Positions 12,301-22,315 of a DNA stretch of 64,000 nt are shown here, one piece after another (the first letter of the stretch is position 1; every line of letters begins with the position of its first letter). The notes under the pieces are model-generated. The model searched no databases, was not told the origin of the DNA, and saw only the letters and a program-made list of their open reading frames with translations. The stretch covers positions 736,001 through 800,000 of the forward strand of contig OZ244717.1 in NCBI GenBank assembly GCA_965218975.1, read 5' to 3'. The translations under genes were made by a program, and so were the position numbers. This stretch comes from Candidatus Oxydemutatoraceae bacterium. Lineage in GTDB: Bacteria > Pseudomonadota > Gammaproteobacteria > Poriferisulfidales > Oxydemutatoraceae.

Positions 12301-15300
12301 AAGATCAAACGATCACGTTAGAGTTTGCCGGCGATGCGATGCTTGAGGACGACTATACGGTAATGGTCGGAGATTCGCCGTTGTCGTCGCCGTATGAGTT
12401 GACTTTGCCGGCAGGGTTGTCTTCGGTAAGCGCAACGATCATAGCGACAGACGACCCAGCGGACGAGACGGATGAAATGATTGAGATAACCGCGCGGCAT
12501 GACGGCGACATAATCGGCGAGGAAACGATTACGATCATCGACAACGATGATGCGCCGGTATTGTCCCTGTCGGTCGGCGCAACCGAAATCAATGAAGGCG
12601 CATCAACCGATATCGAAGAGAATCACGAACGAATCGGTATATGCCGAAGATCAAACGATCACGTTAGAGTTTGCCGGCGATGCGGTCTTGAGGACGACTA
12701 TACGGTAATGGCCGTTCGCCGTTGTCGTCGCCGTATGAGTTGACTTTGCCGGCAGGGTTGTCTTCGGTAAGCGCAACGATCATAGCGACAGACGACCCAG
12801 CGGACGAGACGGATGAAATGATTGAGATAACCGCGCGGCATGACGGCGACATAATCGGCGAGGAAACGATTACGATCATCGACAACGATGATGCGCCGGT
12901 ATTGTCCCTGTCGGTCGGCGCAACCGAAATCAATGAAGGCGCATCAACCGAAGTATCACGAACGAATCGGTATATGCCGAAGATCAAACGATCACGTTAG
13001 AGTTTGCCGGCGATGCGATGCTTGAGGACGACTATACGGTATGGTCGGAGATTCGCCGTTGTCGTCGCCGTATGAGTTGACTTTGCCGGCAGGGTTGTCT
13101 TCGGTAAGCGCAACGATCATAGCGACAGACGACCCAGCGGACGAGACGGATGAAATGATTGAGATAACCGCGCGGCATGACGGCGACATAATCGGCGAGG
13201 AAACGATTACGATCATCGACAACGATGATGCGCCGGTATTGTCCCTGTCGGTTGCAACCGAAATCAATGAAGGCGCATCAACCGATATCGAAGTGGGAAT
13301 CACGAACGAATCGGTATATGCCGAAGATCAAACGATCACGTTAGAGTTTGCCGGCGATGCGATGCTTGAGGACGACTATACGGTAATGGTCGGAGATTCG
13401 CCGTTGTCGTCGCCGTATGAGTTGACTTTGCCGGCAGGGTTGTCTTCGGTAAGCGCAACGATCATAGCGACAGACGACCCAGCGGACGAGACGGATGAAA
13501 TGATTGAGATAACCGCGCGGCATGACGGCGACATAATCGGCGAGGAAACGATTACGATCATCGACAACGATGATGCGCCGGTATTGTCCCTGTCGGTCGG
13601 CGCAACCGAAATCAATGAAGGCGCATCAACCGATATCGAAGTGGGAATCACGAACGAATCGGTATATGCCGAAGATCAAACGATCACGTTAGAGTTTGCC
13701 GGCGATGCGATGCTTGAGGACGACTATACGGTAATGGTCGGAGATTCGCCGTTGTCGTCGCCGTATGAGTTGACTTTGCTGGCAGGGTTGTCTTCGGTAA
13801 GCGCAACGATCATAGCGACAGACGACCCAGCGGACGAGACGGATGAAATGATTGAGATAACCGCGCGGCATGACGGCGACATAATCGGCGAGGAAACGAT
13901 TACGATCATCGACAACGATGATGCGCCGGTATTGTCCCTGTCGGTCGGCGCAACCGAAATCAATGAAGGCGCATCAACCGATATCGAAGTGGGAATCACG
14001 AACGAATCGGTATATGCCGAAGATCAAACGATCACGTTAGAGTTTGCCGGCGATGCGATGCTTGAGGACGACTATACGGTAATGGTCGGAGATTCGCCGT
14101 TGTCGTCGCCGTATGAGTTGACTTTGCCGGCAGGGTTGTCTTCGGTAAGCGCAACGATCATAGCGACAGACGACCCAGCGGACGAGACGGATGAAATGAT
14201 TGAGATAACCGCGCGGCATGACGGCGACATAATCGGCGAGGAAACGATTACGATCATCGACAACGATGATGCGCCGGTATTGTCCCTGTCGGTCGGCGCA
14301 ACCGAAATCAATGAAGGCGCATCAACCGATATCGAAGTGGGAATCACGAACGAATCGGTATATGCCGAAGATCAAACGATCACGTTAGAGTTTGCCGGCG
14401 ATGCGATGCTTGAGGACGACTATACGGTAATGGTCGGAGATTCGCCGTTGTCGTCGCCGTATGAGTTGACTTTGCTGGCAGGGTTGTCTTCGGTAAGCGC
14501 AACGATCATAGCGACAGACGACCCAGCGGACGAGACGGATGAAATGATTGAGATAACCGCGCGGCATGACGGCGACATAATCGGCGAGGAAACGATTACG
14601 ATCATCGACAACGATGATGCGCCGGTATTGTCCCTGTCGGTCGGCGCAACCGAAATCAATGAAGGCGCATCAACCGATATCGAAGTGGGAATCACGAACG
14701 AATCGGTATATGCCGAAGATCAAACGATCACGTTAGAGTTTGCCGGCGATGCGATGCTTGAGGACGACTATACGGTAATGGTCGGAGATTCGCCGTTGTC
14801 GTCGCCGTATGAGTTGACTTTGCTGGCAGGGTTGTCTTCGGTAAGCGCAACGATCATAGCGACAGACGACCCAGCGGACGAGACGGATGAAATGATTGAG
14901 ATAACCGCGCGGCATGACGGCGACATAATCGGCGAGGAAACGATTACGATCATCGACAACGATGATGCGCCGGTATTGTCCCTGTCGGTCGGCGCAACCG
15001 AAATCAATGAAGGCGCATCAACCGATATCGAAGTGGGAATCACGAACGAATCGGTATATGCCGAAGATCAAACGATCACGTTAGAGTTTGCCGGCGATGC
15101 GATGCTTGAGGACGACTATACGGTAATGGTCGGAGATTCGCCGTTGTCGTCGCCGTATGAGTTGACTTTGCTGGCAGGGTTGTCTTCGGTAAGCGCAACG
15201 ATCATAGCGACAGACGACCCAGCGGACGAGACGGATGAAATGATTGAGATAACCGCGCGGCATGACGGCGACATAATCGGCGAGGAAACGATTACGATCA

Positions 15301-15661
15301 TCGACAACGATGATGCGCCGGTATTGTCCCTGTCGGTCGGCGCAACCGAAATCAATGAAGGCGCATCAACCGATATCGAAGTGGGAATCACGAACGAATC
15401 GGTATATGCCGAAGATCAAACGATCACGTTAGAGTTTGCCGGCGATGCGATGCTTGAGGACGACTATACGGTAATGGTCGGAGATTCGCCGTTGTCGTCG
15501 CCGTATGAGTTGACTTTGCTGGCAGGGTTGTCTTCGGTAAGCGCAACGATCATAGCGACAGACGACCCAGCGGACGAGACGGATGAAATGATTGAGATAA
15601 CCGCGCGGCATGACGGCGACATAATCGGCGAGGAAACGATTACGATCATCGACAACGATGA
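6276..15661 (+). repeat. Intragenic tandem array of ~27 x 348-bp (116-aa) acidic Ig/Calx-beta-like repeats
   Basis: Exact 348-bp period in 8878-12250 and 13340-15660; the ATCATCGACAACGATGA marker occurs 29 times by my count, with one interval truncated to 120 bp. Confidence 0.97.
8726..12346 (+). CDS. Giant adhesin, middle repeat segment (frameshift-bounded piece of 3961..18035)
   Basis: Ten in-frame 116-aa repeats; both ends coincide with small deletions in otherwise identical units. Confidence 0.75.
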   Translation: MMRRYCPCRSAQPKSMKAHQPISKRITNESVYAEDQTITLEFAGDAMLEDDYTVMVGDSPLSSPYELTLPAGLSSVSATIIATDDPADETDEMIEITARHDGDIIGEETITIIDNDDAPVLSLSVGATEINEGASTDIEVGITNESVYAEDQTITLEFAGDAMLEDDYTVMVGDSPLSSPYELTLLAGLSSVSATIIATDDPADETDEMIEITARHDGDIIGEETITIIDNDDAPVLSLSVGATEINEGASTDIEVGITNESVYAEDQTITLEFAGDAMLEDDYTVMVGDSPLSSPYELTLLAGLSSVSATIIATDDPADETDEMIEITARHDGDIIGEETITIIDNDDAPVLSLSVGATEINEGASTDIEVGITNESVYAEDQTITLEFAGDAMLEDDYTVMVGDSPLSSPYELTLLAGLSSVSATIIATDDPADETDEMIEITARHDGDIIGEETITIIDNDDAPVLSLSVGATEINEGASTDIEVGITNESVYAEDQTITLEFAGDAMLEDDYTVMVGDSPLSSPYELTLLAGLSSVSATIIATDDPADETDEMIEITARHDGDIIGEETITIIDNDDAPVLSLSVGATEINEGASTDIEVGITNESVYAEDQTITLEFAGDAMLEDDYTVMVGDSPLSSPYELTLLAGLSSVSATIIATDDPADETDEMIEITARHDGDIIGEETITIIDNDDAPVLSLSVGATEINEGASTDIEVGITNESVYAEDQTITLEFAGDAMLEDDYTVMVGDSPLSSPYELTLLAGLSSVSATIIATDDPADETDEMIEITARHDGDIIGEETITIIDNDDAPVLSLSVGATEINEGASTDIEVGITNESVYAEDQTITLEFAGDAMLEDDYTVMVGDSPLSSPYELTLPAGLSSVSATIIATDDPADETDEMIEITARHDGDIIGEETITIIDNDDAPVLSLSVGATEINEGASTDIEVGITNESVYAEDQTITLEFAGDAMLEDDYTVMVGDSPLSSPYELTLPAGLSSVSATIIATDDPADETDEMIEITARHDGDIIGEETITIIDNDDAPVLSLSVGATEINEGASTDIEVGITNESVYAEDQTITLEFAGDAMLEDDYTVMVGDSPLSSPYELTLPAGLSSVSATIIATDDPADETDEMIEITARHDGDIIGEETITIIDNDDAPVLSLSVGATEINEGASTDERNHERIGICRRSNDHVRVCRRCDA

Positions 15662-18035
15662 CGTGCCCGGCGCACCGACGGAGTTAGTAGCCGCGGCGGG
15701 CGATACACACGCGGTCCTAAGTTGGGACGTACCTGCCGATTCCGGCACTGCGCCGATCAACCGCTATGAATATCGCGCAAGCAGCGACGGCGGGAATATT
15801 TGGGACCCGAACTGGACGATCGCTGGCGATGCGACGGGCGAAGTCGGAACTCAAATCGTATCGAACTTAGTCAACGACACGGAATACACATTTGAAGTGC
15901 GTGCGGTCAGTGCAGCAGGCGACGGCACAGCCGCACGCATCACGGCAACACCGATAGTTGATGATACAGGGGCTAGCCTAACTTTACGCCGCATAGGCGA
16001 CGAAGATGGCTATGATTTGATTGCCGATGTGCTCGCAAACGCCGAGGTGTCGGCAGACGGCAGTTTTGAAGTGGCGGTAGGTTCCGACATCGTATCGTGC
16101 ACCGGTTGCGATAGCTTGGAAGCGTTTACAGCCTGCGAGGATACAAGGCAATTATGCCCACTTAACTTTGATGATGAAAACCGGCGGCTATTTTTGCAGC
16201 AATTGGGCTTTACCGCAGTGATTTGGCGTGCGAAAGATGCAAACGGTAATATTTTCACCGGCGATGCGGAAATTACGGATTATGACATTGACGGCAGTTT
16301 GGAAGGTGTCGCATTTGCTCAACTATTTTATGTCGCACCGATTGTGGGTCTTGCGAATCGGAGTAAATATATCCCTCAAGGCAGCAGTTCGACGATTACG
16401 ATTGAGATTGATGTCCGGCCTGCCGAACTCGAACTTGGGCTTAAGGCAGAAGACTTTTCTGTAGAAGGAACATTGCCAACTTGGACTTTCACTTCTATGC
16501 CTCTAGCTGTAATAGCGGATGGCGCTGCGTTAGAAGATGGCAATAGCGCGACAATCAGGCTGCTTGAGAACGACCTGAGTACGGATAGCGAAATGCCGGG
16601 GCTTCCGACGCTGTCGAATCCGGGAAGCGAAACTGATATTATGGTGGCCTATAACGATCCTTCCACATGGTTTTATACTGTCACTCGTAGTTCATTTATA
16701 GTTCGCGAACTTGACGTGCCGGCTTCATTCGGATTCAGGGTTCCGTTTAGAGTATTGGCTCTGGTCGATAATGAAGAAAGACGTTATGTGCGAGTGTCGG
16801 AGTTGACTGATCAGGGCTTAACGTTCAAGTCAACTCCGGCGGAGACCGGTGTTCTCATACGAGGCGAGTGGACGGTTAACATCATCGACGACTTGACGAA
16901 TCCCGAGAGCGAGGCCTTTGAGATTCCGGCCTGTCCGGTCGGCACCATCAAGTGTTCGGTTATGGGTAATTTTGCCCCGACGGAAGAAACTCCTCTGGTT
17001 ATAAGAGGTGTCTTTGCCGGCGCCGGTTTTGATGCGAATAGTAGTGAGAGATTGACGACGACAATAACACAAACAATATACGTCAATATAGTTGATGATC
17101 AATTATTGCCGGATAGGATAGACGATCTGGACGTTGACGGAGTTCGGGATGACTATGCGGATGGTGACGATAGCGCGATTCGTAATGTGAAGTTTTACAG
17201 AGATAACAGAGAGTTTCTTTATGCCGGAGATGAGACGAGGAACGATAGAAGGTCAACTTTAATTATTACCACCGGGGACGGTAAAGATGGCGAAGAGGAC
17301 GGTCAAGCCATTCAAAAACCCGCTGTAGGTCTATTTTCAGTGGTAGTAAGGTCGGTGACGGAAAATGCAATACCGCATTGGTCTGCGCTGATTGCCGAGA
17401 GCGAAGAAGATGCCGAAATAATAGGGATTGGCACACCACCGGCCTACGCAGGCAGCGGTGTCTATGATTTTGAAGTAATTTTTGATGTGGATAACTTTGA
17501 CTTGCAAGCGCGGGTGGTTATTCCGCAACGTGAACCTATAGCCGAAGGTTCGGTCTATTACAAATATATCAATGGCGATCGGTTGGAGATTGATAGCGAT
17601 TGGTTGGAGATTGATAGCGATTGGGTGGAGATTGATGGCGATTGGTTGGAGATTGATAGCGATTGGGTGGAGATTGATGTGTCCGAAGTCGATCGTACTT
17701 ATTCGGCGCCGAGGACTTCAGACAATGCTTGCCCAAGTCCGGATGCGATAGCGTATTGGACGCCGGGTCTCAATGCGGGCCATCGCTGTGTGCTGTTGGA
17801 GATCGCAGATGGCGGGCCGAATGATGCTGATAGTGAAGCAAACGGCATTGTTGCAAATACGGGGGCGATCGGCGGTAGCAGTGTCGGCGTCGATAGACGG
17901 CGGCGGCGCGGCGGTGGCGGCGCGGTCGGCTTGTGGTGGCTGCTTCTGTTTTCCGGCATCGTTTCGGCGGCGATGTGCTTGAAGCGCCGGAATGCAAGAC
18001 TGACACGGCGGATTCCGCTTCAAAGTTTGCGCTAA
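13041..18035 (+). CDS. Giant adhesin, C-terminal segment (repeats, FN3, choice-of-anchor-U-like domain, GlyGly-CTERM)
   Basis: 116-aa repeats, then FN3, YYKY...CVLLEIADGGPNDAD, and GGGGAVGLWWLLLF-TM-KRR. Confidence 0.85.
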   Translation: MVGDSPLSSPYELTLPAGLSSVSATIIATDDPADETDEMIEITARHDGDIIGEETITIIDNDDAPVLSLSVATEINEGASTDIEVGITNESVYAEDQTITLEFAGDAMLEDDYTVMVGDSPLSSPYELTLPAGLSSVSATIIATDDPADETDEMIEITARHDGDIIGEETITIIDNDDAPVLSLSVGATEINEGASTDIEVGITNESVYAEDQTITLEFAGDAMLEDDYTVMVGDSPLSSPYELTLLAGLSSVSATIIATDDPADETDEMIEITARHDGDIIGEETITIIDNDDAPVLSLSVGATEINEGASTDIEVGITNESVYAEDQTITLEFAGDAMLEDDYTVMVGDSPLSSPYELTLPAGLSSVSATIIATDDPADETDEMIEITARHDGDIIGEETITIIDNDDAPVLSLSVGATEINEGASTDIEVGITNESVYAEDQTITLEFAGDAMLEDDYTVMVGDSPLSSPYELTLLAGLSSVSATIIATDDPADETDEMIEITARHDGDIIGEETITIIDNDDAPVLSLSVGATEINEGASTDIEVGITNESVYAEDQTITLEFAGDAMLEDDYTVMVGDSPLSSPYELTLLAGLSSVSATIIATDDPADETDEMIEITARHDGDIIGEETITIIDNDDAPVLSLSVGATEINEGASTDIEVGITNESVYAEDQTITLEFAGDAMLEDDYTVMVGDSPLSSPYELTLLAGLSSVSATIIATDDPADETDEMIEITARHDGDIIGEETITIIDNDDAPVLSLSVGATEINEGASTDIEVGITNESVYAEDQTITLEFAGDAMLEDDYTVMVGDSPLSSPYELTLLAGLSSVSATIIATDDPADETDEMIEITARHDGDIIGEETITIIDNDDVPGAPTELVAAAGDTHAVLSWDVPADSGTAPINRYEYRASSDGGNIWDPNWTIAGDATGEVGTQIVSNLVNDTEYTFEVRAVSAAGDGTAARITATPIVDDTGASLTLRRIGDEDGYDLIADVLANAEVSADGSFEVAVGSDIVSCTGCDSLEAFTACEDTRQLCPLNFDDENRRLFLQQLGFTAVIWRAKDANGNIFTGDAEITDYDIDGSLEGVAFAQLFYVAPIVGLANRSKYIPQGSSSTITIEIDVRPAELELGLKAEDFSVEGTLPTWTFTSMPLAVIADGAALEDGNSATIRLLENDLSTDSEMPGLPTLSNPGSETDIMVAYNDPSTWFYTVTRSSFIVRELDVPASFGFRVPFRVLALVDNEERRYVRVSELTDQGLTFKSTPAETGVLIRGEWTVNIIDDLTNPESEAFEIPACPVGTIKCSVMGNFAPTEETPLVIRGVFAGAGFDANSSERLTTTITQTIYVNIVDDQLLPDRIDDLDVDGVRDDYADGDDSAIRNVKFYRDNREFLYAGDETRNDRRSTLIITTGDGKDGEEDGQAIQKPAVGLFSVVVRSVTENAIPHWSALIAESEEDAEIIGIGTPPAYAGSGVYDFEVIFDVDNFDLQARVVIPQREPIAEGSVYYKYINGDRLEIDSDWLEIDSDWVEIDGDWLEIDSDWVEIDVSEVDRTYSAPRTSDNACPSPDAIAYWTPGLNAGHRCVLLEIADGGPNDADSEANGIVANTGAIGGSSVGVDRRRRRGGGGAVGLWWLLLFSGIVSAAMCLKRRNARLTRRIPLQSLR
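17577..17678 (+). repeat. 21-bp coding VNTR, ~5 copies (DWLEIDS-type heptapeptide)
   Basis: GATTGG(T/G)TGGAGATTGAT(A/G)GC repeated in tandem. Confidence 0.9.
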
Positions 18036-18360
18036 AAGCCCAATCCTGCGTCCGCCCGTATCGCTATAAGAGCGAGCTTAAACCGAGTTCATATATTGAA
18101 TTACGGCATTGCTTCTGTCGGGCGAAAAACACAATACCACTATATATGGGATTGATTTGCCAATTTCAGAAGCCGCTGTCTCAAAAATCCACAAAATTTA
18201 TTTGTTGCCCGACCCGGATGGGCTTGATCGCTATAATAACCAATGACCACTTAAAGTGCGCAACTGCACGCTACCGAATGCCTTGCATACTCTGCCCGGT
18301 TTGTCCGATATGTGATGGTCGCGTACACTTGTTATACTTGTTTATTCAATAGCCGATAAA

Positions 18361-18933
18361 ATGACTTGTTCAATGTATTTGCGTTTCTTTATATTGTGTT
18401 TGCTTGTATGGATGTCGTTATGGGCGTCAAGCCCGGTTATGGCAGAATCAGGTATTGTGCTGACACAAGTGAGTGCGCCCAAACGCAATAATACATTGCA
18501 TTTGGATGCGTCTGCCAACATTCGTTTGTCCGACGGAGTGCAGGCGGCTTTAGATAGAGGGGTGTCTTTGATCTTTGTTACTACGATACAAATTCGCAGA
18601 AAAGCAAAGCTCTTACCAGCAAAGCGGATGCTTTCATTGGAGATTACTCGCCGGCTCGCTTATCATGCATTAACTAAAAAATTCACTGTCGATGATTTAA
18701 CTTTTGGCACGCGGGAGAGTTTCTCTTCGCTTGCGCGTGCACTCGTCTATATCGGCAAGTATCGTGGAATTTCATTGTTGGATTTGCCGCTGGTCAATTC
18801 CGGCCCCAATGTGTTTCTACGAATGCGGATTCGACTGGTGCGCGATGCCCTGCCGATGCCGTTGCGCCTGAAGAGCTATGTATCAAGCGACTGGTACTTG
18901 TCTTCAGATTGGTATGAATGGTCATTGCAGTAA
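18361..18933 (+). CDS. DUF4390 family exported protein
   Basis: Signal peptide, ALDRGVSL, LAYHALT, LPMPLR...W.L.SDW motifs; typical position upstream of ntrY-like kinase. Confidence 0.8.
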   Translation: MTCSMYLRFFILCLLVWMSLWASSPVMAESGIVLTQVSAPKRNNTLHLDASANIRLSDGVQAALDRGVSLIFVTTIQIRRKAKLLPAKRMLSLEITRRLAYHALTKKFTVDDLTFGTRESFSSLARALVYIGKYRGISLLDLPLVNSGPNVFLRMRIRLVRDALPMPLRLKSYVSSDWYLSSDWYEWSLQ

Positions 18934-21071
18934 GTCATTTCCGGAAAGTGCTTCTACCGGCGGGAGCGCTGCTGCTGCTGTTGACGATTTCTTTGTTCTT
19001 ACTGGTCAGTTCGGTGCAGGATTCGGCGGCTTTTGATCGCCATCATTTAAAGATTCTCAGCTTTAACATTTTGCTGCTATTAGTTTTCATCATTTTGATT
19101 GTGGTGAATGTCGGGCGGTTGGTTTATCGTCGCATCAAGCGACGTACCGGATCGCGCTTGACGTTCAAGCTCACAATATTATTCGTTATTTTTGCCTTAG
19201 CCCCGGCAACGGTAGTTTATGGCGTTTCTTTATGGATGATTGACAAGGGGATGAGCTCTTGGTTTTCAATTGATGTGGAGCAGGCACTTGAGGATGCAAT
19301 TTCACTGAGTCGTCATTCGCTTAATACCCAGTTAAGTTTATATAAAAATGAAATTGTTCCGTTGGTTGAAGACTTGATCGGCGCACCGGATGATCTTGCG
19401 GCATATTTAATTAATACTTATGTTGCGGCAAACCGTGAGAGCGAGGTCGTCTTATTAGCTAGCGACCGCCGGATTGTTGCGGCGGCAAGCGGCATATTTC
19501 CCAAGCTATTGCCGGATTTGCCTTCCGATGAAATATTACGCAGCGTGATTGGCGGAGAACCCTATTACGGGATTGATCCGATTCAGGCACGTGGTCTTTA
19601 CGCGCGATTAGTTATTTCCTTGCCGCCGACTCGGACAATGCCAGAACTGAGAATTCTGCAGCTACTGTATCCCGTGTCCGAACGGGCAAATACGCTTGCG
19701 GTCAGCGTGCAAAATACTTATCGTCATTACGGCCAATTGTCTTATCTGCGTAATAGTTTGGAGGATAATTTTATTTTGGCGCTGAGTTTGGTTTTACTTT
19801 CGGGCATTTTTTATGCGGTATGGGTCGCGCTTGTCTCCGCGCGCAATTTGGTTCGACCGGTTGTGAAATTGACCGATGCCACGCGAGCGGTTGCCGCCGG
19901 TGAATTGGAAGTAAAAATATCCAAACCCTCGCAAGATGACTTGGGGTTGTTAGTCGAATCATTTAATGAGATGACGGTACGCTTGTCGGAAGCACGGGAC
20001 AGCAGCGCGCGAAGCCGGGAACAACTTAGCAATCAACATACTTATCTGTATACGGTGCTAGGAAATATTTCATCGGGAGTTTTGGGTCTTGATGCACGGC
20101 ATGTATTGAAAACAGTGAACCGTGCGGCGAGTGATATTTTAGACATTGACTTAACGGAATTATCTGAGAAGTCGTTGTTTTGCAAAGTTGACCGACCCGG
20201 TTTCGTTCATTTTCGCGACCATATCAAACCGTATTTAGAGAATAGAAATCTTGAATGGGAGACTCGGTTTGATTTGACTTCGGGTGGTAAATATCAATCG
20301 CTGATTTGTCGCGGTAAGGTATTGCCGGACGGCGGTTGTGCGATTGTTTTCAATGACATCACTCAAATGGAACAGGCGCAACGTGAAACGGCATGGGGTG
20401 AGGTTGCGCGTCGGCTGGCGCATGAAGTAAAGAATCCGTTGACCCCGATTCAGCTCTCTGCCGAGCATTTGAGCAATAAGCTGTCGGGAAAATTGGCGGC
20501 AAAAGATAAAGAATTCCTTGAACGATCAACGCACACAATTATTGAGCAGGTTAAGTCGATGAAGCAGATGGTAGATGAATTCAGCCAGTATTCGCGTCTG
20601 ACGACACCGCGACCGGAGATTCTACCGATGAATACGCTGGTGTGCGAGGTGGTGGATTTATATCATTCCGGCGATTACCAAATCACGCTAAAACTACTGA
20701 CTGAAGATCTTTTGGTTTCGGGCGATGCTTCGCGTTTGCGTCAGCTTTTGCATAATTTATTAAAAAACTCAGAGGAAGCGCTTCAGGAAAATTCCAGCGG
20801 AGAAATCATAATTGTGTTACGTGCAGATCAACAAAGTGCGAGCAAAGTGGTTCTGGCGGTATCCGATAACGGTCCGGGTTTCGATCCGGCGGTCGTCAAA
20901 AACTTGTTTGAACCGTATGCGACCACCAAGCTAAAAGGTAAAGGTTTAGGACTGGCAATCGTCAAGAAAATCGTGGAAGAGCATAATGGCAAGATTCGAG
21001 CGTTTAATTTGCCGCAAGGCGGCGCCTCGGTTATTGTTACATTACCACGTATCTGGAGGGAGGCAGCATGA
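18918..21071 (+). CDS. ntrY: NtrY-like HAMP/PAS sensor histidine kinase
   Basis: TM helices, HAMP, AWGEVARRLAHEVKNPLTPIQLSAE H-box, N/G1/G2 boxes. Confidence 0.85.
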   Translation: MVIAVSHFRKVLLPAGALLLLLTISLFLLVSSVQDSAAFDRHHLKILSFNILLLLVFIILIVVNVGRLVYRRIKRRTGSRLTFKLTILFVIFALAPATVVYGVSLWMIDKGMSSWFSIDVEQALEDAISLSRHSLNTQLSLYKNEIVPLVEDLIGAPDDLAAYLINTYVAANRESEVVLLASDRRIVAAASGIFPKLLPDLPSDEILRSVIGGEPYYGIDPIQARGLYARLVISLPPTRTMPELRILQLLYPVSERANTLAVSVQNTYRHYGQLSYLRNSLEDNFILALSLVLLSGIFYAVWVALVSARNLVRPVVKLTDATRAVAAGELEVKISKPSQDDLGLLVESFNEMTVRLSEARDSSARSREQLSNQHTYLYTVLGNISSGVLGLDARHVLKTVNRAASDILDIDLTELSEKSLFCKVDRPGFVHFRDHIKPYLENRNLEWETRFDLTSGGKYQSLICRGKVLPDGGCAIVFNDITQMEQAQRETAWGEVARRLAHEVKNPLTPIQLSAEHLSNKLSGKLAAKDKEFLERSTHTIIEQVKSMKQMVDEFSQYSRLTTPRPEILPMNTLVCEVVDLYHSGDYQITLKLLTEDLLVSGDASRLRQLLHNLLKNSEEALQENSSGEIIIVLRADQQSASKVVLAVSDNGPGFDPAVVKNLFEPYATTKLKGKGLGLAIVKKIVEEHNGKIRAFNLPQGGASVIVTLPRIWREAA

Positions 21072-22315
21072 GTCAAAAAATTTTAGTTGTGGATGATGAA
21101 CCCAATATTTGCAATTCGGTACAAGATATTCTCGAGGATGAAGGGTTTGAAGTGCAGATTGCCGATAGTGCCTCAATGGCTAATACTCAAATAGCAATGC
21201 AGGCATTTGATCTGGTGCTACTGGATATTTGGATGGCGCCCGAGGACGGCATCAGTTTATTGCGTCAATGGAAGGAACAGAATCAAGTGCGGGCGCCGGT
21301 AGTGATGATGTCTGGACACGGAACAGTTGAAACTGCGGTTGAGGCGACCCGACTCGGCGCCTGCGGCTTTATTGAAAAGCCGTTAACGATGGCGAAATTA
21401 CTACAGGTTGTATGCAACAACTTGAAACCCGTCGCTGTGACAGAACACAGCGTCGCGCCGGGACGCGAATTTGTGGGGTCAAGCGCGGTCGTCAGAAAAC
21501 TGCGTGAAGATATTTTACGTTGCGCCACTGCTGGACAGCATGTCTTCATTCGAGGCGAATACGGCACAGGAAAACAATTTATCGCGGAAAATATTCATAG
21601 CCAAAGTACACGGTCGAACGCTCCTTTTGTGGTGGTTGCCGAAGGGTCGGGCAGCGATACTTTTACGCGAGCTGGAGGCGGCACTTTATTTCTTGAGTGC
21701 GAGAAGATTCCGCCTGCGTTGGCCCAAAGTCTGAAAAAAAAAATTGATAATGGCGATAATAATTACTGTGTGATATTTACCACACGGGATTTATCGTTGA
21801 CCAATACCGGTCTTTCCGCACAGCTCCAAGCGCTGCTTTCACCATTGATTGTGGTTGCACCGCCATTGCGCGCTTATGCCGAAGATATTCCCGAGATTAT
21901 TCGTGCCAGCACTGATTGGCATAGTCAAAACGATCGAAAATTACCGTATCGGAAGTTTTCTATCGCCGCGCAAAATTATCTGTTGCATTACGAGTGGCCC
22001 GAGAATCTTGCCGAGCTCGACTATTGCGTATATCGCTTATTGAAGGACGGCACCGATGAAGAAGTGTCTCCGGAAGAAGTAAAACAGATGGTTGGCGTGT
22101 CATATTCGGAGTATGCCTGGTTTGAGCAAGTTCTGCAAAAGCCAATGCGTGAGGCGCGGGAAATGTTTGAGAAAATGTACTTGAAGCAATTGCTTGAGCA
22201 AGTGGGCGGTAGTGTGAGCCGGTTGGCTGAAAAAACCGATATGGAGCGTACCCATCTATATCGTAAACTGCGTGCTTTGGGTATTGCTTACAAAGAGAGT
22301 AAGAGACACAGATGA
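21068..22315 (+). CDS. ntrX: NtrX-like response regulator (receiver, degenerate AAA+, Fis HTH)
   Basis: ILVVDDE, LLDIWM, MMSGHG, GEYGTGK, MERTHLYRKL. Confidence 0.8.
   Translation: MSQKILVVDDEPNICNSVQDILEDEGFEVQIADSASMANTQIAMQAFDLVLLDIWMAPEDGISLLRQWKEQNQVRAPVVMMSGHGTVETAVEATRLGACGFIEKPLTMAKLLQVVCNNLKPVAVTEHSVAPGREFVGSSAVVRKLREDILRCATAGQHVFIRGEYGTGKQFIAENIHSQSTRSNAPFVVVAEGSGSDTFTRAGGGTLFLECEKIPPALAQSLKKKIDNGDNNYCVIFTTRDLSLTNTGLSAQLQALLSPLIVVAPPLRAYAEDIPEIIRASTDWHSQNDRKLPYRKFSIAAQNYLLHYEWPENLAELDYCVYRLLKDGTDEEVSPEEVKQMVGVSYSEYAWFEQVLQKPMREAREMFEKMYLKQLLEQVGGSVSRLAEKTDMERTHLYRKLRALGIAYKESKRHR

Noticed and set aside
7508-15760. Many 60-aa and 91-aa minus-strand ORFs
   Set aside because: Antisense shadows recurring with the 348-bp period of the adhesin repeat.
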